NCBI GenBank assembly: GCA_041623435.1
Contig: JBFJWZ010000001.1
Location: 1 to 51,950, forward strand
DNA from: Oceanipulchritudo sp.
Lineage (GTDB): Bacteria; Verrucomicrobiota; Verrucomicrobiia; Opitutales; Oceanipulchritudinaceae
DNA: 51,950 bases
Direction: 5' to 3'
Part shown: in pieces, positions 1 to 10,166 of the stretch
How positions within the stretch are numbered: position 1 is the stretch's first letter
Layout of the letters: each line of letters starts with the position of its first letter
Program-made: the position numbers and the translations under genes
The notes under the pieces: model-generated
The model's database searches: none
What the model saw: only the letters and a program-made list of their open reading frames with translations
Told to the model about the DNA's origin: nothing

Positions 1-997
1 CACCTTCGATTTCGACTACCCGGTCGACCATCACGAAGGGATAGGCATGCGGAAGGATATCGAGGATCCTGCGAATGCTGATCTGGGTCTCCTCGGGATC
101 GATTGTCCTTCTCTTCCTTGAGGGGGCCTCATCTGTTACCGGCTTGAGTGCCTTCGGTTCCGGTTTAGCATTCGCCCTCTTGTAAATGGCCTTGGTGAGT
201 TCCGAGTTCAACTTGTGACCCGGTCGCACGGCAACGATGTGCGCTTTGATCTGCTTCCCGAAAAGGGACAGGTCACCGATGATATCGAGAATCTTGTGGC
301 GGACGAATTCGTCCTCAAAGCGCAGGGGTTCCTTGGAGAGAATCTGGTCGCCTTTGATGACAATCGCCGAATCCAGACTGCCACCCTGGATCTTGCCCAT
401 CTTCAGCAGCGGTTCAATGTCCTCGTACACAGTGAAGGTCCTGGATGGGGCAATGTCAGAAATGTAGGTATCCGGATCGAGGTCGACAGACAGGTGCTGG
501 GTATGGATCCCGCGATCGTCGGCACTCGTACACGAGACCTTGAAGCCGTTGTAGGGCAGGGCGATGATCGAGCGGTTACCTTCCGTTACCGAGATCGGCT
601 CCTTCAGCTCGTAGTACTCCCGGTCGGCATCCTGCTCCACCGGTTCCGCCTTCTGGATCAGGTTCACATAGTGCTTGGCCGAGCCATCAAGGATCGGGGG
701 CTCCGAGGCATCGAGCTCGACCAGGCAATTGTCTATCCCGCAGCCGGCGAGGGCACTGAGGACGTGCTCGATCGTGTGCAGGCTGGTATGACCGGAGGAA
801 ATGTCAGTGCTTCTGACAAGCTTGTCCGCCACCAGTTCGATGCGCGGCTTGATTTCAGGTTTTCCGTAGAGGTCGACGCGTTTAAAAACGATGCCATGAT
901 CCACTGGTGCCGGTTTAAAGGTGAGGTGGACCATTTGCCCGGTATGCAGAGCTTTACCGTGAGTTGAGACTTCCCGCAGGAGGGTTCTTTGGCGCAT
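1..997 (-). CDS. lpxC: Bifunctional LpxC/FabZ fusion (UDP-3-O-acyl-GlcNAc deacetylase / 3-hydroxyacyl-ACP dehydratase), 3' end runs off the window
   Basis: Absent from the ORF track because there is no stop in the window. Manual translation from ATG at 997 gives [43 protein letters not shown] (LpxC N-terminus). The same frame near the edge reads [25 protein letters not shown] (FabZ start). Confidence 0.93.
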   Translation of the reverse strand, partial: MRQRTLLREVSTHGKALHTGQMVHLTFKPAPVDHGIVFKRVDLYGKPEIKPRIELVADKLVRSTDISSGHTSLHTIEHVLSALAGCGIDNCLVELDASEPPILDGSAKHYVNLIQKAEPVEQDADREYYELKEPISVTEGNRSIIALPYNGFKVSCTSADDRGIHTQHLSVDLDPDTYISDIAPSRTFTVYEDIEPLLKMGKIQGGSLDSAIVIKGDQILSKEPLRFEDEFVRHKILDIIGDLSLFGKQIKAHIVAVRPGHKLNSELTKAIYKRANAKPEPKALKPVTDEAPSRKRRTIDPEETQISIRRILDILPHAYPFVMVDRVVEIEG

Positions 998-1111
998 GGT
1001 GCCTACTATGGCGAGTCCATCCGGACTTTGTAAAGGCCTGAATCTTAGCGCTATTGACAGAGTCTCTTCAGGATGGTTTTACCGTCCTGTACATAATACA
1101 GATTTAGAAAC

Positions 1112-1669
1112 ATGGCATCACCAACTGATATTCGCAAAGGCAAGGTAATCCTTTATAACAGCGCCCCGCATCTCGTCCTTGAGATGTTGCACCGCACACA
1201 GGGCCGCCAAGCCGGCTTTGTGCAGGTCACCCTGCGAAACCTGAGCAATGGTTCCAGCACGACCACCAAGCTTCGCAGTACCGATTCGGTCGAAATCCTC
1301 ATGACCGATACCCGCAAGATGGAACTCAGCTATATCGACCAGGAAGGCTGGCACTTCATGGATCCGGAAACTTTCGAGGACGTGGTCCTGGATGAGAAAC
1401 TGCTTGAGGACGCAAAACCTTTCCTTTCTGAAGGCAATTCCGTGGATGTTCTGTTCGTGGATGGTGAACCTGTGCAGATACAATTGCCGGCATCCGTGGA
1501 AATCGAGGTAACGGAAGCCCCGGATGCCATCAAGGGTGACACATCGGGTGCCGCCCTCAAGCCGGTCACCACCGCAACGGGCCTGATCATCCAGACACCA
1601 CTTTTTATCAAGACGGGCGACACCATCAAGGTATCCACAGCCGACAAGAGCTATCTCGGACGCGCCTGA
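1112..1669 (+). CDS. efp: Translation elongation factor P
   Basis: 185 aa with DIRKG N-terminus, HFMDPETFE, KGDTSG..KP..T.TG and YLGRA C-terminus. Confidence 0.93.
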   Translation: MASPTDIRKGKVILYNSAPHLVLEMLHRTQGRQAGFVQVTLRNLSNGSSTTTKLRSTDSVEILMTDTRKMELSYIDQEGWHFMDPETFEDVVLDEKLLEDAKPFLSEGNSVDVLFVDGEPVQIQLPASVEIEVTEAPDAIKGDTSGAALKPVTTATGLIIQTPLFIKTGDTIKVSTADKSYLGRA

Positions 1670-1685
1670 TCCGCGCATCGCAGCC

Positions 1686-2465
1686 ATGGGCACCCAGTTG
1701 ATACATCCCACCGCCATCATTGAGGATGGAGCCGAGCTGGCTCCCGATGTCGAGGTCGGGGCCTATGCCTACATTGGGCCGATGGTAAAGCTGGGCTCGG
1801 GTTGCCGCATACAACACCACGCCACTGTCGAGGGAAACACAAGCATGGGCGAGGGGAACGAAGTCTTCCCATACGCCTTGGTCGGTGGCCGCACGCACGA
1901 TAAGAAGTGGACCGGCGATGAGGCACCAATCCATATCGGTGATCGCAACATATTCCGGGAATTCACGACTGTTCATCCGGCAACCTTTGCCGACAAATGT
2001 ACACGTGTAGGATCTGACAATCTGTTCTGCGCCTACAGCCACATCGGGCATGAATGTACGGTCGGGAACCACTGTGTTTTCAGCAATAATGCCACCCTCG
2101 GCGGACATGTTATCGTTGGGGATGCCGTGATCATAGGCGGACTTTCTGCAGTCCATCAGTTTTGCCGGATTGGTTCGGGCGTCATGATAGGCGGCTGCTG
2201 CAAGGTACTAAAGGATATTATGCCACACATGCTGGCAGAAGGTTATCCCGCCACACACCGGACCGTGAACAAGATCGGAATGCAGCGCAGGGGCTACAGC
2301 GAGAAGGATATCCAGCTGGCGGTCCGCATCTACAAGCTGGTTTTTCGGCGCAAGCTAAACCGCTCGCAGGCGCTTGAAGCCCTTGAAGGAGGCGAGCTGG
2401 GAACACATGCGCTTATCGATGAAGCAATCCGCTTCATTAAAAAGAGTGAGCGCGGGCTCGCCTGA
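1686..2465 (+). CDS. lpxA: Acyl-ACP--UDP-N-acetylglucosamine O-acyltransferase
   Basis: IHPTAII start, hexapeptide repeats, AYSHIGHEC catalytic His motif, VHQFCRIG, C-terminal helical domain. Confidence 0.93.
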   Translation: MGTQLIHPTAIIEDGAELAPDVEVGAYAYIGPMVKLGSGCRIQHHATVEGNTSMGEGNEVFPYALVGGRTHDKKWTGDEAPIHIGDRNIFREFTTVHPATFADKCTRVGSDNLFCAYSHIGHECTVGNHCVFSNNATLGGHVIVGDAVIIGGLSAVHQFCRIGSGVMIGGCCKVLKDIMPHMLAEGYPATHRTVNKIGMQRRGYSEKDIQLAVRIYKLVFRRKLNRSQALEALEGGELGTHALIDEAIRFIKKSERGLA

Positions 2466-2480
2466 TAAGGCTCGATACGC

Positions 2481-3551
2481 CTAGACGCTTGAGAAGCGAT
2501 ACTCCGTGAAGGAGTGGAAGGTTTTTCCCGGATCCAGACGGGTGGATGGGAAATCCTCGAAGTTGGGTGAATCCGGGTAATGCTGGGTTTCCAGGCACAT
2601 CCCTGCATGCTTCGGGTAGAAGTAGCCGTTCTTCCCAGCCAAGGTCTCATCGAGGAAGTTCCCGGTATAGAACTGGATTCCCGGCTCAGAAGTCAGCACT
2701 TCCATTTTGCGCCCGGAAGCTTCATCAATCACCACAGCGACCGGCTCTGCTAAATCGCGGTCTTCCCGCAGCACAAAGTTGTGGTCAAAACCCCCATCCT
2801 TGTCGACCTGTGCATTGGGCGAGTCCAGCCGGTGATCCAGTGGTTCCAGTTCGCGGAAATCAAAAGGACCGTCACTGACCGACTCAAATACGCCAGTCGG
2901 AGTGCAGGTATCCGGGTGAATTGGAAGATATTTATCCGCAGCGATCTGTACCTGGTGTTGTCGGATACTCCCGGTTCCCTGGCCAGCCAGGTTGAAATAC
3001 GGATGTGCTGTGAAATTGACGATTGTTGGTTTGTCCGTCGTGGCTGTATATTCGTAGCGGAGCCCGTTTTCCGGGGTCAGCGATAATTGTACTTCCAGCT
3101 TCAGGTTGCCGGGAAAGCCCATTTCCCCGTCCGGACTCTCATAGCTGAGGACGAGGACCTGGCCATGTTCCCCATCGCGGATTTCACTCTCGAAAAGCTT
3201 GTTTGAAAAGCCTTCCGGGCCGCCGTGGAGGCTGCCATGCTCCTCATTGAGAGGGATCTCGAAAGTCTCCCCGTCGAGGGTGAATCTGCCGCGTGCGATG
3301 CGGTTCGCGAAGCGTCCGACAAGAGCTCCGAAATAGTTCGGATTATTCTCAACGTATTCCTCGACCGAATCCAGGCCGAGCGTAACGTCATCAGGCATCC
3401 CAATACCGTCTGGAACTTCCAGCTCTACCAGGATTCCACCGTAATTCAGGAATGTTGCCCGCAGGCCGCTTTCTTTCTGCATGGTAAAGGCCTTGATGGG
3501 CCTGCCGTCTGTCATTTCTCCAATTTGTTCCTCGTGGATCTCTTCTATCAT
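2481..3551 (-). CDS. galM: Aldose 1-epimerase (galactose mutarotase)
   Basis: GRFANRI, LHGG, GFPG, HPYFNL, FDHNF, QFYTGNF and CLETQHYPDSPN motifs. Confidence 0.93.
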   Translation of the reverse strand: MIEEIHEEQIGEMTDGRPIKAFTMQKESGLRATFLNYGGILVELEVPDGIGMPDDVTLGLDSVEEYVENNPNYFGALVGRFANRIARGRFTLDGETFEIPLNEEHGSLHGGPEGFSNKLFESEIRDGEHGQVLVLSYESPDGEMGFPGNLKLEVQLSLTPENGLRYEYTATTDKPTIVNFTAHPYFNLAGQGTGSIRQHQVQIAADKYLPIHPDTCTPTGVFESVSDGPFDFRELEPLDHRLDSPNAQVDKDGGFDHNFVLREDRDLAEPVAVVIDEASGRKMEVLTSEPGIQFYTGNFLDETLAGKNGYFYPKHAGMCLETQHYPDSPNFEDFPSTRLDPGKTFHSFTEYRFSSV

Positions 3552-3708
3552 CTCTCAAACCAATTGAACACGTACGATGCTATGGAATGGGATTTCCCTA
3601 GGCCTCGTGCCGCGAGGATTTCTAAATTAATGATGAAACCCCAATGTGCAAAACAAAAATGGGATTCGGTCCGGGTGACGGGGGAAGAAACTGCCCGGTG
3701 GGGCGTGC

Positions 3709-4968
3709 CTACATGACGGTGTTGCCGACGCTGAGGATGGAAAAGACGACGCTGAGAGCGATGATAGCAACGAGTGTGACTGCGCCTCCAAGGGCCAGGG
3801 CAACGGTGGTGGTGGTGAGGATGTTGATCGATTTTGTCAGCTCTTCGCGATAGATCTTGTTAATGTCGTTCAGGCTCGTGACGATGTTGCCCGTATTTTC
3901 CCCAACCGTAAGGATGTCCATGGCCATGTCGGGCATATAGTGTACTCGCTGGATAGCGCCCGCCATGGAGACGCCTTCCTGGATCTGTTTGCGGGCGGAG
4001 GCGAACTTGCCCCGCAGAATGAGGTTGTTGATGGTGCGTTCAACAAGTCGCAGGGTCTCAGTGGTATTTACACCGCTACCGAGCAGGGTGGACATCAGGC
4101 TGGTGGTGGCAAAGATGTTGGAATAGAGGTAGATCCGGCCGATGATAGGCAGCCTCAAGAGCCAGAGGTCAGTTGTTCGCTGTCCCTTCGGCGAACGTCT
4201 CCACTGGTAAATGGCAACCACTCCGAAAGCGAGGCCGGCCAGAATGAAGGGGCCAAAGCGGATCGCGGCATGCGAACTCTCTATGAGAATTTTGGTAATC
4301 AGGGGGAGGTCACCGCCCAGCTGGTCGAGGATGTTCTGCAGCATGGGCAGAAGAAAGACGAGAAGGATGACCACGACCACCAGGGCCACGCTGAGGACAA
4401 AGATTGGATAGGAAAGATTGCTGAGGAGATTCTTGCGTACATCCCGTGCTTCCTCGAGGTAGGCGACCACCTTTTCAAGAATCGGCTGCAGATTTCCACT
4501 GGCTTCCCCCGCCTCAATCAGATGGATGGTGGATTGCGCAAAGACGCCGCCTTTTTCAGCGCGCAGGGAGTTTGCCAGGGTCTGGCCTTCGCTAAGTCGT
4601 TTCCAGACGGATTCGCAGAGTTGTTTCAACTGGGGATCCGACAGCCGCTTGCCGAGCAAGTTGACGGCATCCCCGATGGACATGCCGGAGGAGAGCAGGA
4701 CATGAAGCCGTTTGAGGAATTCAAGGGCGATGGCCCGCTTGGAGCGGTTCAGTGTGAGGAACTTGAGCTTACTACCCGAGTTTTTAAAGAAGTCCATCGA
4801 TTCAACATCGTCGTCGGTCCCCACTTGTTCGCCAAGGAACTCCACGGATATGGGCTTCAGGCCTTTCTGGGCCAGTTGCTGGAGAAGCCGCTTGCGGTCG
4901 GATGAATCGGCTTCACCGGTTACCTGGCGGCCGCTTGCGTCGAGGGCTTTGTATGAATAGCGTGCCAT
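3709..4968 (-). CDS. gspF: Type II secretion inner-membrane platform protein GspF
   Basis: Y.YKALDASG start, two F domains (EAGEASGNL, VGENTGNI), transmembrane segments; last gene of the T2SS cluster. Confidence 0.9.
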   Translation of the reverse strand: MARYSYKALDASGRQVTGEADSSDRKRLLQQLAQKGLKPISVEFLGEQVGTDDDVESMDFFKNSGSKLKFLTLNRSKRAIALEFLKRLHVLLSSGMSIGDAVNLLGKRLSDPQLKQLCESVWKRLSEGQTLANSLRAEKGGVFAQSTIHLIEAGEASGNLQPILEKVVAYLEEARDVRKNLLSNLSYPIFVLSVALVVVVILLVFLLPMLQNILDQLGGDLPLITKILIESSHAAIRFGPFILAGLAFGVVAIYQWRRSPKGQRTTDLWLLRLPIIGRIYLYSNIFATTSLMSTLLGSGVNTTETLRLVERTINNLILRGKFASARKQIQEGVSMAGAIQRVHYMPDMAMDILTVGENTGNIVTSLNDINKIYREELTKSINILTTTTVALALGGAVTLVAIIALSVVFSILSVGNTVM

Positions 4969-4974
4969 GTCAGC

Positions 4975-6669
4975 TTATTCAATATCGTCGTCTGCGGTGC
5001 TGTAACGCATGATTTCGTTCAAGGCAGTGCGACCGAGGGCGAGCTGTTCCCAACCACTCATTTGCAAAGTGGTCATGCCGTAGCCGAGAGCTTCCTGGCG
5101 AATCTCACGCGCGGACCGTTTCTGGACAATCAGTTCGTGGATGGAATCGTCCACCCGGAGGATCTCAAACAGGCCAACCCGACCCTGGTAACCGAGGTTC
5201 CGGCAGGATTCACAACCGACTGGATCCAGAATATGAGCACTCAGGCGTTCAGGTGTTTCCTCAAGCTGAAGCGCCTGGAGGCATTCCCTGAGGTAAAGTT
5301 CGGAATGGTTCGCCGGCCGGGCACACTTCGTACAGAGGCGCCGCACGAGGCGTTGGGCAAGGATCATCTCAACGGCGGAGGCAATCAGGAAAGGCTCAAT
5401 CTCCATGTCGATGAGTCGGGTCAGGGCGCCGGGAGCATCATTCGTATGCAGGGTACTCAGGACAAGGTGACCCGTGAGGGCGGCACGGATGGCAATGTCG
5501 GCTGTTTCTGAATCGCGGACCTCCCCGACCATGATGACATCCGGATCCTGCCGCAGGATGTGCCTGAGGGCACTGGCAAAATTGAACCCGATCTCATTGT
5601 GGACCTGGGTTTGGTTGACGCCTTCAACCTCGTATTCAACTGGATCTTCAACCGTGATGATCCGGCGGGCGGGTGAATTGATTTGGCGGATAAATGCTGT
5701 CAGTGAAGTGGACTTGCCGGAACCTGTCGGGCCGGTTACAAGTATAATCCCGTAGGGCAGGGCGAGGACACGCTTGATCCGGTTCTGGTCGCCCTTCAGC
5801 ATACCCAGCTCCTCCATGGAGAGCGGTTGGTTCTTCTGGTTGAGTAGACGCAGCGAGACGCTTTCCCCGTACATCGTCGGCATGGTCGAGATACGGATAT
5901 CCAACTCGGTGCCTTTCCCCTTGTAGACGATACGGCCGTCCTGTGGCCGCCGTTTCTCGGAGATATTGAGCTTGGCCATGATCTTTAGCCGGGAAATGAT
6001 AGCACCCTGGAACCGGATCAGGTTGTCCGGTACACGGATCGGAATCAGCTCACCATCGATTCGGTAGCGAATCTGCAAGGACTCCTTCAGGGGCTCAAAG
6101 TGAATGTCCGTTGCACGATCGTCGACCGCCTTGGCGATGACCTCGTTGACAAAGCGGATCAGGGCGGCGTTCTCATCTTCCTCTACCTCTTCAAGCCGGC
6201 CGGAATCCTCGGTGGCAATGTCTGACTCGATCAGGGAATCTGCGCCAACCCCGTAACGCTGTGTAATGGTGTCGCTGATACGGTTTGCCGGCCCGAGGAA
6301 CCATTTTGGATCCTTTCCGCTGACTGCGTAAATCCATTCATTCATTTCCTCGCTTGGAGGCCAGACAGTTACCAGGTGAAGGCTATCATCATCCGTGTCG
6401 CCCTCCTCGATAAAGGGCAGGCACTGGTACTCATGCATGATCCGCAAGGGAAGGATTTCCGAGGCGTCTTCCGGCAGCTCAAAGTCGTCCTTGAATCCGA
6501 TGCCCGATTCCTCGGCTAGAGCGGTGAGGACCTCCAGTTCAGGCTTGCGGTGTAACTGCGCCAGTAGTGGCAGCCTGTTTTGCCTCGGGGCATCCTCAAG
6601 GGTGGCGATCTGGTCGGGATCGAGCGTCTTGAGAACGGCTTGTGTTGGCTTGGTTTCGGATTCGCTCAT
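4975..6669 (-). CDS. gspE: Type II secretion ATPase GspE/PulE
   Basis: Walker A GPTGSGKS, Asp box [19 protein letters not shown], His box GHLVLSTLH, tetracysteine CTKC...CESC. Confidence 0.93.
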   Translation of the reverse strand: MSESETKPTQAVLKTLDPDQIATLEDAPRQNRLPLLAQLHRKPELEVLTALAEESGIGFKDDFELPEDASEILPLRIMHEYQCLPFIEEGDTDDDSLHLVTVWPPSEEMNEWIYAVSGKDPKWFLGPANRISDTITQRYGVGADSLIESDIATEDSGRLEEVEEDENAALIRFVNEVIAKAVDDRATDIHFEPLKESLQIRYRIDGELIPIRVPDNLIRFQGAIISRLKIMAKLNISEKRRPQDGRIVYKGKGTELDIRISTMPTMYGESVSLRLLNQKNQPLSMEELGMLKGDQNRIKRVLALPYGIILVTGPTGSGKSTSLTAFIRQINSPARRIITVEDPVEYEVEGVNQTQVHNEIGFNFASALRHILRQDPDVIMVGEVRDSETADIAIRAALTGHLVLSTLHTNDAPGALTRLIDMEIEPFLIASAVEMILAQRLVRRLCTKCARPANHSELYLRECLQALQLEETPERLSAHILDPVGCESCRNLGYQGRVGLFEILRVDDSIHELIVQKRSAREIRQEALGYGMTTLQMSGWEQLALGRTALNEIMRYSTADDDIE

Positions 6670-7334
6670 CGTTGTGAACTACGGTTGTTACTTGGTGGCA
6701 GTACTGGCCGCCGTGAACTGGATGTGGAGCGGGATTGGGGTTGTGGGCGTTGAGAAGTGGGTGGTTGCTGGCTGCTTCCCGGCCGCTGAATGCTTGGCCG
6801 CTGAATGGTCGGAGATGAGGGGGTCGTTCGGGTGGAAGGTCGAATGACCCGCCTGCGTTCGGGTGCCTGCGGCGTCCTGTTGGTGCTGCCCGAGGTGGTA
6901 GTCGGACGACGGATAGTGGGGGCCGTTGCGGTTGCAACGGGCAGTACCTTGTCACTTGTCGTGACCATGCCCAGAGTGAGTTGGCGGCCTCCAAGATCGA
7001 TCACGATCTCGTCATCCTCTCTCGAATAACGTACGACTTTCGGCGCATCCTCCTTGATCTCATCCTCGCTGACCCAGGTGCCTTTCTGTTCCCGTTTGTT
7101 ATACAGGTTGAAATGGTACTGTCCCTGCAGCATGTAGACGCCGCGAAATTCAAACTCACCGGAAGCGGCAGCCTGTTCGGCAGCTGTTGATCTACTTCCG
7201 CCGGGGGGCTGGAAGTTGGGTGGAAGGAAGGGGGACTTCTCGACAATGCTCGGTCCGGCCCCACTGCATTCAATGCTGAACACAGTCATGGCCATCAGTA
7301 GTGGTAGAATCGATACTGTCCGGGTTAGGGTCAT
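6666..7334 (-). CDS. T2SS-associated exported protein, GspC-like small beta domain plus disordered R/S/P/T tail
   Basis: Hydrophobic N-terminus, beta-rich core (FEFRGVY...[14 protein letters not shown]), 4-nt overlaps with gspD and gspE; GspC role inferred from position. Confidence 0.55.
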   Translation of the reverse strand: MTLTRTVSILPLLMAMTVFSIECSGAGPSIVEKSPFLPPNFQPPGGSRSTAAEQAAASGEFEFRGVYMLQGQYHFNLYNKREQKGTWVSEDEIKEDAPKVVRYSREDDEIVIDLGGRQLTLGMVTTSDKVLPVATATAPTIRRPTTTSGSTNRTPQAPERRRVIRPSTRTTPSSPTIQRPSIQRPGSSQQPPTSQRPQPQSRSTSSSRRPVLPPSNNRSSQR

Positions 7335-9625
7335 TTTTTGTTTCCGGCCTCACGGAAGGTGCCCGAGTCGAGGTAGTCCCGTATATCATCCGAACCTTCC
7401 AGGACGTCGATCAACTGGTTGGCGTCCGCATTGGCATCCTCTGTTGTACGGATGATCGTTGGTCGAATAAAGATCAGGAGTTCCGTCCGGGTAGTCGTAT
7501 CCGTGTTTCGTTTGAACAGGTTTCCGATCACGGGAATGTCTCCAAGAATGGCCATGCGGCTTTCGGAATCCTCGATATTCAAGGATTGGAGGCCACCGAG
7601 AACAATGAGTTCTCCATCCTTAACACTTACATAGGAAGTCGCTGTACGAGTGCCGATGATCGGCTGGGCATTGCTGTTAACCGTTACGCTGCCGGCCTGA
7701 TTCTGCACCTGCTGTTCAATCTCCAACTGGACAACACCGTCCGAACCAATGAGCGGGGTCACCTTGAGTTCGATCTTGATATCACGGTACTGAACCTGGT
7801 CCTGTGTTACGGGCAGGCCGGATGTACTCGTTGTGTTGTAGTTGGTCGAACTGGTTATGACAGGGACTTCCTGGCCGACGGAAACCGTGGCCTCCTTGTT
7901 GTGAGTGGTGACGATGGTTGGGGCGGAAAGCACGTTAATATTTGAGTTGGAGCTGGCGGCATTCAGGATGAAACCGATGCTGCCGGTAGTGCCATCCCAG
8001 GAAGCACCGTCACCGAGGGAAAGCCCATAGAGGTCTCCACCAGGAGCAGCAGTCCAGTTTACATCGGTATCATCAAGATTCCAATCAAAGAAGCCGGTTC
8101 CGGAAATGCCGAAGTTAAAGGAATCAATACCGCGTTCATCGTCATCGGACAAGTTGACATCTGTAATGACAACCTCGATACGCACCTGTGCGAGGAGGGA
8201 ATCGATTTGCTCCACGAGCTGATCCAGGTATTCAAGATCGTTATGTGTCCCGGAAGCAACGATGGTGTTGGCCCGTTCATCGGGAACAATTGTCAGGAAG
8301 TCCGAGAACTGGAGATTGGTTGCACCTTCACGGGCGGCGGCAGCGGCGCGGTTGGACTGCTGGATTTGGATCTGTTGTGCGCGGGCTGCTGCTGCGGCAG
8401 CCTGGGCCGCCGAGGTGTTGGAGGCGCTGCCTTCACGTTGTGCTTCCTGGCGTATCTGGCGTTGTCCGGTAACGATCTGGTCGATGATGCTGACGACCTC
8501 GGTCGCATCCGCATAACGGATTGAGTAAACCTTGGTTGCGGTGGTGGGGGCAACATCGATGTCGAGCTTATCGATGAGCTCGGTGAGGAGGGATTCATTT
8601 GACGGATGCGTAAAGACAACCAACTGGTTGGTGCGCTCATCCGCCTCAAAGGTCGTATTGTTTTCCAACTGATTCCGGAGGACACCGGACATCAGTTTCT
8701 GGAGCCTGCGGGCAACTTCCTCGGCCTGGATGTTTTTCAGTTCAAAGAAGAGCATCTTGGTGCGCAACCGGGCCGGCTTGTCAATGAGGGGCAGGATACG
8801 TTCTATCCGTTGCAGATTGATGAGGGCATCCGTTACCAGGATCATGTTACTCTTGTCAAAAGCGATGGGTGCTCCCTGGGACATCAGCGGCTGGAGGAAG
8901 GTGGCGGCCTCAGCCGTTGTCAGGAAATCCAGATTGAACAACTTCTCGTAAATGACCTGGCTGGGGATGGCTCCGAGTGTGGAGCCTTCCCATGGTCGGC
9001 CGACCTGGGCATTGATAACTGCTGCCGGAACCGCCTTCAGGAACTTGTCCCCGAGTTCGGTGATGGCGATGCCGTTGAGGGCGAGCAGACTTTCAATCGC
9101 TATGATCGCTTCGCCGCGGGTCAGTTCATCCTGGCTGAAAAAGGTGATCTTGACCGGTGCGAGGGTTTGCTGGCGAAGGATCGGTTTACCGGTAAAGTTC
9201 TCCAGCATTTCGAGGACTTCATTTGTACCCATTTCAGGGATACGAACCAGTCCGACCTTATCCTGCATCCTCGGATCATCCTCGGCCACCAGGCGTGATT
9301 CTGCCTGAAGGAGTTCCTCTTCGGACGGCACCAACAAAGCTTGTTCCGTTGCCTGGGCTGGAGTCCGTGCCGGGCGTGCAACGGTCCGCCGTGGCGTAAT
9401 TGGATTCGCCGAATTGGTCCGCAAAAAGCTCGGCGTCTCGATGCCTTCCGGAGGAGGAGGTGGGATAAAGCCAGGAACATCCCCGATTTCGGAGATATCA
9501 GGTGGCGGAGGTGGTGTGGCAGTCGGCTGACCCTGCACAAGGCAGCTGGCCAGAATGACAACGACCGCTGCAAGGCAGCGCGTGAAACCGTCGATACGTG
9601 AAAGGGATGGGAATGGATTAATCAT
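7331..9625 (-). CDS. gspD: Type II secretion secretin GspD
   Basis: N-domain motifs DERTNQLVV and DERANTIV, QVRIEVVI, VLSAPTIVTTHNKEA, LGDIPVIGNLFK, TELLIFIRPTII. Confidence 0.92.
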   Translation of the reverse strand: MINPFPSLSRIDGFTRCLAAVVVILASCLVQGQPTATPPPPPDISEIGDVPGFIPPPPPEGIETPSFLRTNSANPITPRRTVARPARTPAQATEQALLVPSEEELLQAESRLVAEDDPRMQDKVGLVRIPEMGTNEVLEMLENFTGKPILRQQTLAPVKITFFSQDELTRGEAIIAIESLLALNGIAITELGDKFLKAVPAAVINAQVGRPWEGSTLGAIPSQVIYEKLFNLDFLTTAEAATFLQPLMSQGAPIAFDKSNMILVTDALINLQRIERILPLIDKPARLRTKMLFFELKNIQAEEVARRLQKLMSGVLRNQLENNTTFEADERTNQLVVFTHPSNESLLTELIDKLDIDVAPTTATKVYSIRYADATEVVSIIDQIVTGQRQIRQEAQREGSASNTSAAQAAAAAARAQQIQIQQSNRAAAAAREGATNLQFSDFLTIVPDERANTIVASGTHNDLEYLDQLVEQIDSLLAQVRIEVVITDVNLSDDDERGIDSFNFGISGTGFFDWNLDDTDVNWTAAPGGDLYGLSLGDGASWDGTTGSIGFILNAASSNSNINVLSAPTIVTTHNKEATVSVGQEVPVITSSTNYNTTSTSGLPVTQDQVQYRDIKIELKVTPLIGSDGVVQLEIEQQVQNQAGSVTVNSNAQPIIGTRTATSYVSVKDGELIVLGGLQSLNIEDSESRMAILGDIPVIGNLFKRNTDTTTRTELLIFIRPTIIRTTEDANADANQLIDVLEGSDDIRDYLDSGTFREAGNKK

Positions 9626-10163
9626 TCAGGGCCTCTTCTTTTAATTCAAATGAAACGAGCTCAAAAACGGCATCCAGAAATCGCGGATCCCGTTTGTTGG
9701 CAGAAATCTGGAATTTACCCAGGGCAATGTAGGGGGAGTGTTGTTTGACCGCCTGGTCAAAGCGGATCAACTCACCGATGCGGGTACGCTTGATCGACAA
9801 ACGCACTGTGTGGAAACTGAACAGCTGTGTCTCCTCGGTGGAAGGCGTGCTGATGTCAAAACTGGAGACCTCGTTCAAGCGGGCCAGCGAGTCGAGCTTT
9901 CCGACCAGCTGGGCCGAGGAAAACGTCCGGCTGCTGTCGAGTCCGCTTTTTGCTTCTGCGAGCATAACAGCGGCAAGGTCGGCCTCACTGATCGTGCTTC
10001 TGAACTTTTCGATGGTTTCCTTCTGGTCCTCGAACCGGTCCCAGGACTTCTGGAAATCCTCTGCGGCATACATGAACCAGATGATGATCAGGGCCCAAAT
10101 GAAGGCCGCCATCAGGTAGCGCTCACGCAGCGACAAGGCATTGAATATCTGGCGAAAGAGCAT
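9618..10163 (-). CDS. gspM: GspM/PilO-like assembly protein
   Basis: LSLRERYL followed by a single TM helix (typical GspM start), coiled coil, ferredoxin-like C-terminus, cluster position. Confidence 0.65.
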   Translation of the reverse strand: MLFRQIFNALSLRERYLMAAFIWALIIIWFMYAAEDFQKSWDRFEDQKETIEKFRSTISEADLAAVMLAEAKSGLDSSRTFSSAQLVGKLDSLARLNEVSSFDISTPSTEETQLFSFHTVRLSIKRTRIGELIRFDQAVKQHSPYIALGKFQISANKRDPRFLDAVFELVSFELKEEALND

Positions 10164-10166
10164 GGC

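Noticed and set aside
215-967. 250-aa + strand ORF
   Set aside because: Antisense shadow of the lpxC-fabZ gene, which has clear motifs on the minus strand
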